The notes under the pieces are model-generated. The model saw only the letters and a program-made list of their open reading frames with translations. It made no database searches and was not told the DNA's origin. A DNA stretch of 64,000 nt from Spirochaetia bacterium (GTDB taxonomy: Bacteria; Spirochaetota; Spirochaetia; UBA9216), in assembly GCA_963677925.2 (NCBI GenBank), contig CAXXYH010000004.1, forward strand, positions 2,528,001 through 2,592,000, in the 5' to 3' direction. Shown here one piece after another: positions 48,076 through 57,382 of the stretch (position 1 is its first letter; every line of letters starts with the position of its first letter). The position numbers and the translations under genes are program-made.

Positions 48076-49797
48076 ATGAAAAAGAACGCAGACCTGATAA
48101 TCAGAAATGCAGATATATATACAGTCGACGGGAAAGGACAGGAAATTTCAGCAGACTCTATGGCTGTAAAAGACGGAAGGATTGGTTACATCGGAGGCCC
48201 GGACGGGCTGTCTGAATGGGAAAGCGAAAATATAATTGATGCAGAAGGAAATACCGTTCTTCCCGGAATGACAGATTCACATCTGCATGCATCAGCAACA
48301 GCAGAAATGCTTTTCAGCTTCAATATGTATGACGTTGAAATTCTGCCCACTGATGACAGACAGACAATAATAGCTAAATATCAGAATCTGGTAAAAGAAA
48401 ATGTCAAAAACAGTAAACCCGGAGAATGGCTGCGCGGGACAGGATGGAATCCTGAGGTTTTTATGGAATTCCCGGAAGGGCAGCCGGTCTGCAGCGAGCT
48501 TGATGCTGTATGTCCTGATAATCCAATGGTTCTGCGTTCTTTCGATCACCATTTTCTATGGGTTAATTCAAAAGCACTGGAAATATCGGGAATCACAAAG
48601 GATACGCTGACTCCTCGAAACGGGGTGATTGAACGTGATAGTGAGGGAAATCCCTCCGGAATATTTCAGGAAACTTCAGCAGTCGAGCTTTTTCTGCGTT
48701 CTGCAGAAGGTTCGGATTATTCAGTTGAGCAGTACAAGGACGGACTGCGCTCCTATCAGAAAGACTGGGCAAATAAATTCGGTACAACCTTAATATTTGA
48801 TGCAATGTCCACTCCGAATGCTCTTGAGGCCTACAGGGAACTTGCAGAGGACAATGAGTTCACTATCCGTGTGAAGGGTTCCTTATGTGCCGATCCTTCA
48901 ATACCTGAAAGTCAGTTTGATGATTTAATTGAAATAAAGAATAAATCAGATGTTCCCGGGGTATACGAAATAGATACAATAAAATTCTTTATAGACGGCA
49001 GCGGATTTTCATTTTACATGAATGAACCGTTTGAGAAGGAAGTTCTTGAAAAAACCGAATTCCCGGCTGACTATAAAGGTTATCCTCAATGGGAGCCTGA
49101 AGAACTTAAAAATGCCTTTACAAAATTAAACGCTGCCGGATACCAGATTCACTGTCACTGTATGGGTGACGGCGCTGTGCGAATTGCGCTTGATGCCTTC
49201 GAACATGCCTTCAACCAGCTTGGAGAATTGGACTGCCGTAATGTGATTACGCATATCATGAATATCAGTGATGCCGATATAAAGCGGATGGCCGAACTTA
49301 AGGTAATAGCAGCAATGCAGCCAATGTGGTCAATTATGGACAATTTTATGGATCTGTATGCAACTCCATTGCTTGGGAAACATCGGGTGGAAAACCAGTA
49401 CCCCATAGGAAGCCTTAAAAAAGCCGGGGTCAGAATAACCGCCGGAACCGACTTCCCGGTAACAATTCCGCCGAACCCTTTTATCGGAATACAGACTGGA
49501 ATAACAAGAACTGTTCCCCCGCTTGCTCCCATGCCTGATAAATACAAGAAAATACCGCTTGGTCCTTCAGATCATCCCATGAAGAATGCAGTTACTTACA
49601 AGGATATGATCCAGAGTTATACCATAGAGGGGGCATATCAGAGTTTTCTGGAGAAGGAAACCGGCTCGCTTGAAACCGGAAAATCGGCAGATTTTATCAT
49701 GCTTGACCGCAGACTTTCTGATTCTGCCGTTACGGAAATTGAACAGACTCAGGTCGTAAAAACCTATTTCCGGGGTAAATCTGTTTACACAAGATAA
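48076..49797 (+). CDS. Amidohydrolase_3, YtcJ/NfdA-like
   Basis: PGMTDSHLH, H..WVNSKAL, IKFFIDG, QIHCHCMGD, GTDFPV, GSLETGKSADF. Confidence 0.9.
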   Translation: MKKNADLIIRNADIYTVDGKGQEISADSMAVKDGRIGYIGGPDGLSEWESENIIDAEGNTVLPGMTDSHLHASATAEMLFSFNMYDVEILPTDDRQTIIAKYQNLVKENVKNSKPGEWLRGTGWNPEVFMEFPEGQPVCSELDAVCPDNPMVLRSFDHHFLWVNSKALEISGITKDTLTPRNGVIERDSEGNPSGIFQETSAVELFLRSAEGSDYSVEQYKDGLRSYQKDWANKFGTTLIFDAMSTPNALEAYRELAEDNEFTIRVKGSLCADPSIPESQFDDLIEIKNKSDVPGVYEIDTIKFFIDGSGFSFYMNEPFEKEVLEKTEFPADYKGYPQWEPEELKNAFTKLNAAGYQIHCHCMGDGAVRIALDAFEHAFNQLGELDCRNVITHIMNISDADIKRMAELKVIAAMQPMWSIMDNFMDLYATPLLGKHRVENQYPIGSLKKAGVRITAGTDFPVTIPPNPFIGIQTGITRTVPPLAPMPDKYKKIPLGPSDHPMKNAVTYKDMIQSYTIEGAYQSFLEKETGSLETGKSADFIMLDRRLSDSAVTEIEQTQVVKTYFRGKSVYTR

Positions 49798-49817
49798 TTT
49801 GACTGGAATACACACAC

Positions 49818-51335
49818 ATGAAAGAGATAAATATCACAACAAAGTTATACAAATATACAGGGAGCCTGGATGATGATGAAATTTTCAGCCTGAAGGGTAT
49901 CCCTTATGCAATGGCTCCAAAGGGGGAACTTCGATGGAAGGCTCCGCAGCCATATACTGCCGCTGCAAAGCATATTGTATGCAGAGAATTCGGCCCATCC
50001 TGCATTCAGCCTGCAGATGAAAATGAACCCGGCTCACTCGATGAACAGTCCGAAGACTGCCTGTACCTTAATGTATGGGGAAGGGCCAATAGTAAAACAG
50101 AAAAGCCTGTAATGGTTTTTATTCACGGCGGAGGCTTTATAGGCGGCGGAACTTCCGATCCAATTTATAACGGACGTAATTTTGTACGCAACAGCGATGT
50201 CGTTTTTGTAACACTTAACTACCGTGTCAATCTGCTGGGGTTTATGGACCTGTCCGAAATCGGAGGTCCTGAATTTTCCGACAGCGGAAATCTCGGAATC
50301 CTTGATCAGATTGCTGCCCTGAAATGGGTGAAAGAAAATATCGCTTATTTCGGAGGTAACCCGGACAATATTACTATATTCGGCGAATCTGCCGGCGGCG
50401 CCAGTGTATGCCTCCTGATGACCATACCTGAAGCAAAAGGCCTTTTTAACAAAGTCATAGCTCAAAGCGGCTGTATTAATCTGCTTAAAAGAAAAAAGAA
50501 GGCTTTGGAAATTGCATCCAGCTTTCTCAAACTCTCTGGAGTAAAGACAGCAGCCGGGCTGATGCAGCTTGACTCTGATAAACTATCAAATCTATGCGAC
50601 AAACTGTCTGATTATTACGGCTATGGAGCCGAGATAATCTTTGCCCCTGTTTCCGACGGAAAGCTTATTCCCATCAATCCGTACAAGGCAATTGAGGAAG
50701 GATTTGCATCCGACATAAAATTAATTATAGGGTCCAATGCAGATGAGTTTCGGTACTGGAGTCTCTACTATGACGATCTTGACGATATAATCTTTGACTG
50801 GATTAAAGCCAATAATCAGGCTGCCAACGCCGCCGCAATTGATCTTGAAAAGACAGATCTTGAAGTACTGAAAAAAAAATACTATGACCTGAAGTCCGAC
50901 ATGGACAGCAGTGAAAAAGCCTTTCAGTTCGCGCATGATTTTCTTTTCAGAATGCCTAATATCAGAATGGCTGAGCTTCAGTCATTGCACAATGACGTCT
51001 GGATGTATTACTTTACCTGGGCGTCAAAAATTGACAATGTAGGTGCCGGTCATGCTGTGGAGCTTGCCTTTGTCTTTCATAACCTTCACCGTACTGAATA
51101 TACAGGGGAGGATCAGCCTGTGGCACTTGCCGACAGGATTCAGGCTGCATGGGCAGGGTTCGCCGCTGAAGGAAATCCTAATCATGCGGATATCCCTGAA
51201 TGGGAAAAATACAACACAGAGACGCGAAAAACCATGCTTATCGGTGAGGACTGGTTTCTTGCGTCTGATTTTGGAAGAAAGGAAAGGATGCTTTTTCATC
51301 CATATCTTGAAAATATTGAAAACAGGAGTAACTGA
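49818..51335 (+). CDS. Type-B carboxylesterase (PnbA-like)
   Basis: KGIPYA, SEDCLYLNVW, HGGGF, GESAGG, GHAVEL.FVF. Confidence 0.93.
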   Translation: MKEINITTKLYKYTGSLDDDEIFSLKGIPYAMAPKGELRWKAPQPYTAAAKHIVCREFGPSCIQPADENEPGSLDEQSEDCLYLNVWGRANSKTEKPVMVFIHGGGFIGGGTSDPIYNGRNFVRNSDVVFVTLNYRVNLLGFMDLSEIGGPEFSDSGNLGILDQIAALKWVKENIAYFGGNPDNITIFGESAGGASVCLLMTIPEAKGLFNKVIAQSGCINLLKRKKKALEIASSFLKLSGVKTAAGLMQLDSDKLSNLCDKLSDYYGYGAEIIFAPVSDGKLIPINPYKAIEEGFASDIKLIIGSNADEFRYWSLYYDDLDDIIFDWIKANNQAANAAAIDLEKTDLEVLKKKYYDLKSDMDSSEKAFQFAHDFLFRMPNIRMAELQSLHNDVWMYYFTWASKIDNVGAGHAVELAFVFHNLHRTEYTGEDQPVALADRIQAAWAGFAAEGNPNHADIPEWEKYNTETRKTMLIGEDWFLASDFGRKERMLFHPYLENIENRSN

Positions 51336-51817
51336 TGAATAAAAAACCTCTTGAACTGCCCGAGCTGAAGATTGAAAAGCTTTTCTACCTGGAGGCTGAA
51401 CTGCATCCGGATATCAATGTTGGTGATGTCGGACGAGGTGAGCTGATAGTCTGTCCCATTAAGGGCGGATACTTTGAAGGAGAAAAGCTGAAGGGGAAAA
51501 TTCTTGACTTCGGTGCAGACTGGAATTTGCTTTATCACAATAAACTTGATGTCATTGATACACGCTATCTTTTGAAAACTGATGACGGCGCGGTAATATC
51601 CTTGACAACAAACGGAAGGTGCCTTATGAGCGAAGAGCAGGCTATAGCATCTGAAAATGGAAAATTTGTTGATCCGAACAGTTATTATTTCAGACAGCAT
51701 CTGTTCTTTGAAACAGGGGACGAAAGATACCGGTGGATGAACGGAATAATAGCTTTTGCTGTGCTGGGAATCAAGGAATCAGGAGAGATCTGCTACAACG
51801 CCTACATGGTTAAATAA
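51335..51817 (+). CDS. DUF3237 (UPF0311) beta-barrel protein
   Basis: PIKGG.FEG, GADW, DTRY.LKTDDG, YYFR..FET. Confidence 0.9.
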   Translation: MNKKPLELPELKIEKLFYLEAELHPDINVGDVGRGELIVCPIKGGYFEGEKLKGKILDFGADWNLLYHNKLDVIDTRYLLKTDDGAVISLTTNGRCLMSEEQAIASENGKFVDPNSYYFRQHLFFETGDERYRWMNGIIAFAVLGIKESGEICYNAYMVK

Positions 51818-51827
51818 AAAGCAGAAT

Positions 51828-53063
51828 CTATTCTTTTTCCTCCAGTCGCTTTTTAAGCATTGCAACCTCAATCTTGAGTCTTCTGTTCTCCGCCAGAAGA
51901 CTCTGGTACTCAGTGATACCAACCTGAGTACCTTTTTTATCATTAATCCAATGATAAACCGTTGTTCTTGGAAGATTGTACATACTCATAATATCGGTAA
52001 CTCTGGTTCCTGACAGATATTCTGCGGTTACCTTGTCTCGCAGTTCTTCTGAATAACATGATAGCACGTTATCATCACGGATATATTGTTTAAGTAGATC
52101 TGCAGAGGATTTATGAGTTCTGATTATTTCAGGCAGCTTGATATTGTTTTCATCCAGGTGTTCAATTTTTTTTAAGACGGTTTTCTGAATTCTGTATTTT
52201 TTCCGGATACTTCCCGGCGTCTGCTTAAACCAGTTTTTAAATCCCCGGTACAGATATTTTACATCCGAGAATCCGCTTTCCAGGGCAATCTGGCTTACAG
52301 GCAGCTCTGATTTAAGCAGCAGATTCAATGCTGCGTTTGTTCTTATATATTCCAGATGTTCCATAAATGTAAATGATGAAATCTCACGGAACAGGTGTGA
52401 CAGGTATGTCATATCGATATTCGCATTTCTGGAAATATCGGAAAGCTTGATTTTTTTCATATAATTTTTTTTCAGATAGTTTTCAATCTCAAGCAGACGT
52501 GTTTCCTGTGCGGCAGAAAAGCTCTTACCCGCATTGTGATAATTCATAAAGTTAAAGTTATAAAGTAGAATACGGACAATGTTGTCAACAGTTACATCCG
52601 CCTGGTGCTGTTCAGGCCTGTTATGAATTAAATTGAGAATCTGTTCTTTAATGATATCGATTTTTTCCCCGTGACTGCGGTTGGATTCTATCCATTCGCA
52701 TATAAAATCAGGAAAACGCCGTCCGCAAATTTTATTTACAGCACCGGCATTGATGTGTGTGATTATAACTTCGTTATCAGTATTTGAATAAATTCTGTGA
52801 AAATCATTTATCTCGACAAGAAGGAAGTCTTCAGCTTTCAACACGTTTTCTTCAAAAATGGTATCTACATGCACTTCTCCTCTGGTAACCCATATCAGTT
52901 CCAGCGAATCATGCTGGTGAAGCAGGGTATCACCTATTCTGCATACGGAAGATTCTATTGAGAAACCGGGTGTATAGAGTATTTCATCATAGTATGACCT
53001 GTTTAATTCGATACCATTTTCAGTCATCGTACATATTCTGTTTTGAAAATGATTTTTTTTCAA
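51828..53063 (-). CDS. AraC-family regulator (cupin + HTH_18) with extra C-terminal IS3 OrfA-like domain
   Basis: HQH.SLE cupin; YLSHLF..IALESGFSD.KY..FK.WF.QTP; tail YSEELR..TVYHW..ENRRLKIEVAMLKK; start is TTG 53063 or ATG 53027. Confidence 0.85.
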   Translation of the reverse strand: MKKNHFQNRICTMTENGIELNRSYYDEILYTPGFSIESSVCRIGDTLLHQHDSLELIWVTRGEVHVDTIFEENVLKAEDFLLVEINDFHRIYSNTDNEVIITHINAGAVNKICGRRFPDFICEWIESNRSHGEKIDIIKEQILNLIHNRPEQHQADVTVDNIVRILLYNFNFMNYHNAGKSFSAAQETRLLEIENYLKKNYMKKIKLSDISRNANIDMTYLSHLFREISSFTFMEHLEYIRTNAALNLLLKSELPVSQIALESGFSDVKYLYRGFKNWFKQTPGSIRKKYRIQKTVLKKIEHLDENNIKLPEIIRTHKSSADLLKQYIRDDNVLSCYSEELRDKVTAEYLSGTRVTDIMSMYNLPRTTVYHWINDKKGTQVGITEYQSLLAENRRLKIEVAMLKKRLEEKE

Positions 53064-53108
53064 GTTAAAATATAGAGTATTTTCATCAGGATATCCGAAT
53101 ATAATTTA

Positions 53109-53137
53109 TTGACAAAATTTTTCATAACCGTTATATA
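53109..53137 (+). promoter_or_regulatory. sigma70 promoter upstream of the PUR gene leader
   Basis: TTGACA-N17-TATATA. Confidence 0.7.
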
Positions 53138-53144
53138 TATCCCA

Positions 53145-53216
53145 TACACAGGGTATTGACTGTAACCGCAAGCGCGGTTCTATATATAGACCGGCATCCG
53201 TAGGGATGCCTTTTTT
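53145..53216 (+). promoter_or_regulatory. Structured leader ending in an intrinsic terminator (candidate attenuator or sRNA)
   Basis: Hairpin AACCGC/GCGGTT, alternative stem 53172-53195, terminator GGCATCC-GTAG-GGATGCC-T6. Confidence 0.55.
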
Positions 53217-53254
53217 ATTATTTACATCTGCTTTGTAACAGAGAAGGGGTTATT

Positions 53255-53503
53255 ATGGGTGTCAGGGGCGAATTATTTACTTGCAAGGCAACAACAACAG
53301 AAGGAAAGAGAACCTATTTTTTCAATGTGAAAGAGAACAGGCAGGGAGACCTTTTCCTGAATGTAGTTGAGAGCAAAGAACACGGCGGGACCGGATTTGA
53401 ACGCCATTCCATTGTGATCTTTGAAGAGGATATGCACCATTTCTCCCATGAACTTCAGAAAGCTCTTGATTTTATGAAGAACAAGAAGAGTAAGGGACGT
53501 TAA
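53255..53503 (+). CDS. PUR-domain (DUF3276) nucleic-acid-binding protein, BpuR-like
   Basis: RTYFFNVKENR.GDLFL..VESK..FERHSIVIFEED. Confidence 0.88.
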   Translation: MGVRGELFTCKATTTEGKRTYFFNVKENRQGDLFLNVVESKEHGGTGFERHSIVIFEEDMHHFSHELQKALDFMKNKKSKGR

Positions 53504-54032
53504 ACGTCTTTCTGTGTATCGCTGAAAGCCCGTACTGACGGCAGAGAGCGGCATGCATTTTTGTCGGATACCCCTTGTGCGTTTCAAAACGCCATTCCGG
53601 TTCTATCCAGGAATAACGGATCATCCACATATCTCTAGCTGTTTTTGCGATAATTGAAGCTGCCATGATGCATGGATGGATGCTGTCGCCTTTGACTACC
53701 GCCAGGGCAGGAGCATCCAGTTCGGGGACGAATTTTCCGTCGATAAGGTAATTTTCAGGAATAATACCTAAATCCTCTGCTGCCCGCTTCATGGCAAGCA
53801 GGCTGGCATGGTGAATATTTATTTCATCAATCTCCGACGGCCAGGCCCAACCTGTTGAGCAGGCTACAGCATTTTCGAGTATCACAGAGGCGGCTGCAAG
53901 CCTTTTTTTTTCTGATAGTTTTTTTGAGTCATTCAGTATGGATATATCAAAATCATCAGGAAGAATCACCGCTGCGGCAGTGACCGGACCGGCAAGAGGG
54001 CCGCGTCCTGCTTCATCAATTCCGGCTGTCAT
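53472..54032 (-). CDS. rnhB: Ribonuclease HII
   Basis: GIDEAGRGPLAGPV, DSKKL, IDG, KGD, AASIIAK..RD, HKGYPT, HRKTF. Confidence 0.96.
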   Translation of the reverse strand: MTAGIDEAGRGPLAGPVTAAAVILPDDFDISILNDSKKLSEKKRLAAASVILENAVACSTGWAWPSEIDEINIHHASLLAMKRAAEDLGIIPENYLIDGKFVPELDAPALAVVKGDSIHPCIMAASIIAKTARDMWMIRYSWIEPEWRFETHKGYPTKMHAALCRQYGLSAIHRKTFNVPYSSCSS

Positions 54033-54149
54033 TGATGAATAATATCACACTAAAAAAAAGAATGAAATAATCGCTGTTTAGTGATTTTATATAAATACTG
54101 TGTTAATATACTGCTGAAACTAAGCGGTATGTAATTTTCGGGAGCAGGC

Positions 54150-56966
54150 GTGTTTTTAAAAAGCGTAGAAATTTTCGGTTTTAAATCATTTGCAGACAGA
54201 GTAAACATCGAATTCAGTGAGGGCATTTCTGCACTTCTGGGGCCAAACGGCTGCGGAAAAAGTAATGTAGTAGATGCTATCAAATGGGTTCTCGGCGAAC
54301 AGTCTTCAAAAACTCTGCGGGCAGAGAAAATGGAAGATGTCATCTTTAACGGAACGGAAGCACGAAAAGCAGTTAACGTTGCAGAAGTAACCCTTCTTAT
54401 TTCAAACGATTCCGGAATACTTCCGCTTGAACTTCCTGAAATTGCGGTTAAACGCAGGCTTTACCGCTCAGGTGAAAGTGAGTACTTCGTAAACGGCGCT
54501 CAGATAAAGCTTAAAGAGCTGCGGGAACTTTTCTTTGATACAGGTATAGGCAAATCCGCTTATTCAATCATGGAGCAGGGCAAAATCGACCAGATCCTCT
54601 CCAATAAGCCTGAAGAAAGGCGCTACCTTTTTGAGGAAGCCGCCGGTATTACAAAATACAAAATTCGCGGAGCAGAAGCCGAACGCAAGTTAGCCCGGAC
54701 CGAAGAGAATATGCGGCAGGTTGAAAGCATCCTCAGCGAGGTAAAGCGATCACACGATACTCTAAAAGTACAGTCGGACAAGACAGTAAAATACAGGGCT
54801 TTGAAAGATGAAATCTTTGAACTGGAGCTTGATATACAGCTTCTGAAGCTTCGCAATCTTCTTGAAAACCAGAATAATTCCGAAACAAAGCTGAGCGAGA
54901 GAGAAAAAAAGAAGGATGAACTCCGATCTGAAATTGACGAGATAAATGAATCGCTTGAAGAAAACCTCGATATAGTTAACAACATGGAGTCTGATCTTAT
55001 AGAAAATCAGAAAAAGCTCTATGGTATGGATCTTGAGAAATCCGGTAAGGAGAGCCAGTCAAGGATGCTGAACGAGCGGCAGGCAGAGGTTAAAAAACAG
55101 GCCGAAAACTGCATAGCCCGTGAAGAAACACTCAAACGTAAAATCGAGGCTATTAACGCACAGATAAAAGAGCGCCAGACTGAGATAGAAGAGCAGAACA
55201 AGCGTATAAAAGAAACTGAACATAATATATCCGAGTTTGAAAAAAGCATCGAAACTGCCGCCGACCGTGTTGCCAGCAACGAAAAGGAAATTATAACCTG
55301 TGAGAAGAAGGCTGATGAGGGTGAAAAGCAGCAGATAGAGCTTCAGGAAGAACTTAGGAAGATAACTGATGATATCGTAGAACAGCTTGATACCAAGTTA
55401 AAGGAAACCGGGTATTCACAGAAGTCCAGGCAGGAGGCTGATGATGCACTTAACAGCCAGCTTCAGGGACTCAAGATATTTCTTGAAGGAAAAATAGCCA
55501 TCTTTAAGGATGCCGTAAAAACCGGTGCCGCCGAGTCTGAGGGCAGTAAGATAATCTCAAATTCACAGGAATTTTTCTCAGAGGCTGTGGGCATGGCTGC
55601 TTCTATTGCAGAGTCTTTTTCCAAATACAAAGAAACAATACCTGCTTTTATTGATGAGTTTCTTGCTCCGCAGGGTATTATCGCATCAAAGCGTAAAATA
55701 GATCAAAATATCGAAGAAAACCGTGAAATGATTGCCTCTATGCGTGATAAGGCAAAACTGCTCCGGGAAGAGAACAAAAAACTGTCTCTAAAGATTGAGG
55801 AATACCGCAAGACCCTTGAAGAACTCAGACTTACAAGGGTAAGGCTTGAAGCCCGGCTTAAATCCGCTGCGGATGCTCTCAAAATGCAGGAGCGTGATCT
55901 TCACGAGCAGCAGGGGCTGATTCTTGAGAACCGGAATGATCTTGAGTCATGCAATTCCAGACTTGAGAATATTACAAAACAGCTTCAGACAATCGAGAAG
56001 GAAAAAGCCGAACTCGACAAGCAGGAAGCTCAGCTGCGCAAAGAGCTGGAAAAACTTGAAAGCGGCATTTCACGCAAAAACAATGATATGAAGAGCCGTG
56101 AAAAGAAACTCAAGGATAAAATGGAAGGCCTCGGGAAAATTCAGCAGCAGATTGAAGAACTGCATATTGAAGTTTCCAATATCAAGATTGAAATCCGCAA
56201 TGTCTATGACAACTTTATAGAAAAACATTCACGTGATCTTACAGATTACGATTCCCGCATATATGAGATTCCCGGTGAAATGAAGGATTACCGTGATAAG
56301 CTTTCTTCGAGAAAAGAATCTCTTAAAAGCCTGGGCTCAGTTAATTTAATGGCACCGGAAGAGTATGAAGAGATCAAGGAACGGTATGAGTTTCTCAACA
56401 ATCAGATAGAGGACCTAAAAAAAGCGCGCGATGATCTTAAGTTGATTACAAATCAGATTCGGACAGAATCTACCGAACTGTTTCTTGATACTTATGATAA
56501 ACTCCGGAAGAATTTTCATGTCATGTTCAGAAGGCTCTTCGGCGGAGGCCGTGCGGAACTGAAGCTGGTTGAACCGGATGAGGTTCTCACTTCGGGTATT
56601 GAAATATATGCACAGCCTCCCGGAAAGAAGCTTGAGAACATTGCACTGCTTTCAGGCGGTGAGCGCTCACTGACAGCAGTAGGGCTGCTCTTTGCCACCT
56701 ATATGGTAAAACCTTCTCCCTTCTGTATCCTTGATGAGATTGACGCTGCCCTTGATGAGGCAAATGTCGGCCGCTTTGTAAATACTCTGATGGAGTTCGG
56801 AAAGAAATCACAGTTTATTGTTATTACCCATAACAAGAAAACAGTAGCCGGAGCAAGTGCACTGCTTGGTGTAACAATGGAAGAATCAGGAGTATCCAAG
56901 GCTGTCTCAATACGCATAGACAGCAGGACGACTGCCTCAGAGGAAGAGAAGGCTGAAGTTACATGA
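54150..56966 (+). CDS. smc: SMC-family ATPase (short spirochaetal P115 type)
   Basis: FKSF, GPNGCGKSN, EEAAGI, coiled coils, LSGGE, LDEIDAALD, ITH; GTG start. Confidence 0.92.
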   Translation: MFLKSVEIFGFKSFADRVNIEFSEGISALLGPNGCGKSNVVDAIKWVLGEQSSKTLRAEKMEDVIFNGTEARKAVNVAEVTLLISNDSGILPLELPEIAVKRRLYRSGESEYFVNGAQIKLKELRELFFDTGIGKSAYSIMEQGKIDQILSNKPEERRYLFEEAAGITKYKIRGAEAERKLARTEENMRQVESILSEVKRSHDTLKVQSDKTVKYRALKDEIFELELDIQLLKLRNLLENQNNSETKLSEREKKKDELRSEIDEINESLEENLDIVNNMESDLIENQKKLYGMDLEKSGKESQSRMLNERQAEVKKQAENCIAREETLKRKIEAINAQIKERQTEIEEQNKRIKETEHNISEFEKSIETAADRVASNEKEIITCEKKADEGEKQQIELQEELRKITDDIVEQLDTKLKETGYSQKSRQEADDALNSQLQGLKIFLEGKIAIFKDAVKTGAAESEGSKIISNSQEFFSEAVGMAASIAESFSKYKETIPAFIDEFLAPQGIIASKRKIDQNIEENREMIASMRDKAKLLREENKKLSLKIEEYRKTLEELRLTRVRLEARLKSAADALKMQERDLHEQQGLILENRNDLESCNSRLENITKQLQTIEKEKAELDKQEAQLRKELEKLESGISRKNNDMKSREKKLKDKMEGLGKIQQQIEELHIEVSNIKIEIRNVYDNFIEKHSRDLTDYDSRIYEIPGEMKDYRDKLSSRKESLKSLGSVNLMAPEEYEEIKERYEFLNNQIEDLKKARDDLKLITNQIRTESTELFLDTYDKLRKNFHVMFRRLFGGGRAELKLVEPDEVLTSGIEIYAQPPGKKLENIALLSGGERSLTAVGLLFATYMVKPSPFCILDEIDAALDEANVGRFVNTLMEFGKKSQFIVITHNKKTVAGASALLGVTMEESGVSKAVSIRIDSRTTASEEEKAEVT

Positions 56967-57382
56967 AACTCCCGTTCAAATTGCCGCAGATAGACTTATC
57001 AGGAATTTTCAGTTTCAGTAACAGGGAGCTCAGGATAATCCTTATAGTATTTATTTCGGTAATTGGAACGGCAGTTCTACTGATTGCAGGAAGCCTTATT
57101 ATCCGCGGTACAAAGAAGCCGGAGGCAGCCGGCTATTCGGTTCCGCAGTCCATTGACGGCTCAGCCCTGTCAGCAGAAAAACCGCTGCTTTCCGATTTTA
57201 TGCTTTATGACGATAACCTTAATCCTGAAACTGCTGAATACCTGCTTTCCAGAGAACCTCAAAACCGCTGGAGCAGTGATTTTACCGATCAATACTGGAT
57301 AGATCAGAAAGAAATAACCAGAGAACTCCTTGAGATGGAACTTGAAAAGAAAATCAGGGAAATCTATGCAGATGTTCCCTGA
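56963..57382 (+). CDS. Membrane-anchored hypothetical protein
   Basis: Single TM helix; ATGA overlap with smc; C-terminal W......YW...DVP. Confidence 0.7.
   Translation: MKLPFKLPQIDLSGIFSFSNRELRIILIVFISVIGTAVLLIAGSLIIRGTKKPEAAGYSVPQSIDGSALSAEKPLLSDFMLYDDNLNPETAEYLLSREPQNRWSSDFTDQYWIDQKEITRELLEMELEKKIREIYADVP

Noticed and set aside
42874-53100. Genomic island integrated at tRNA-Gly
   Set aside because: Content looks accessory, but there is no integrase and I found no direct repeat of the tRNA 3' end at the far boundary.
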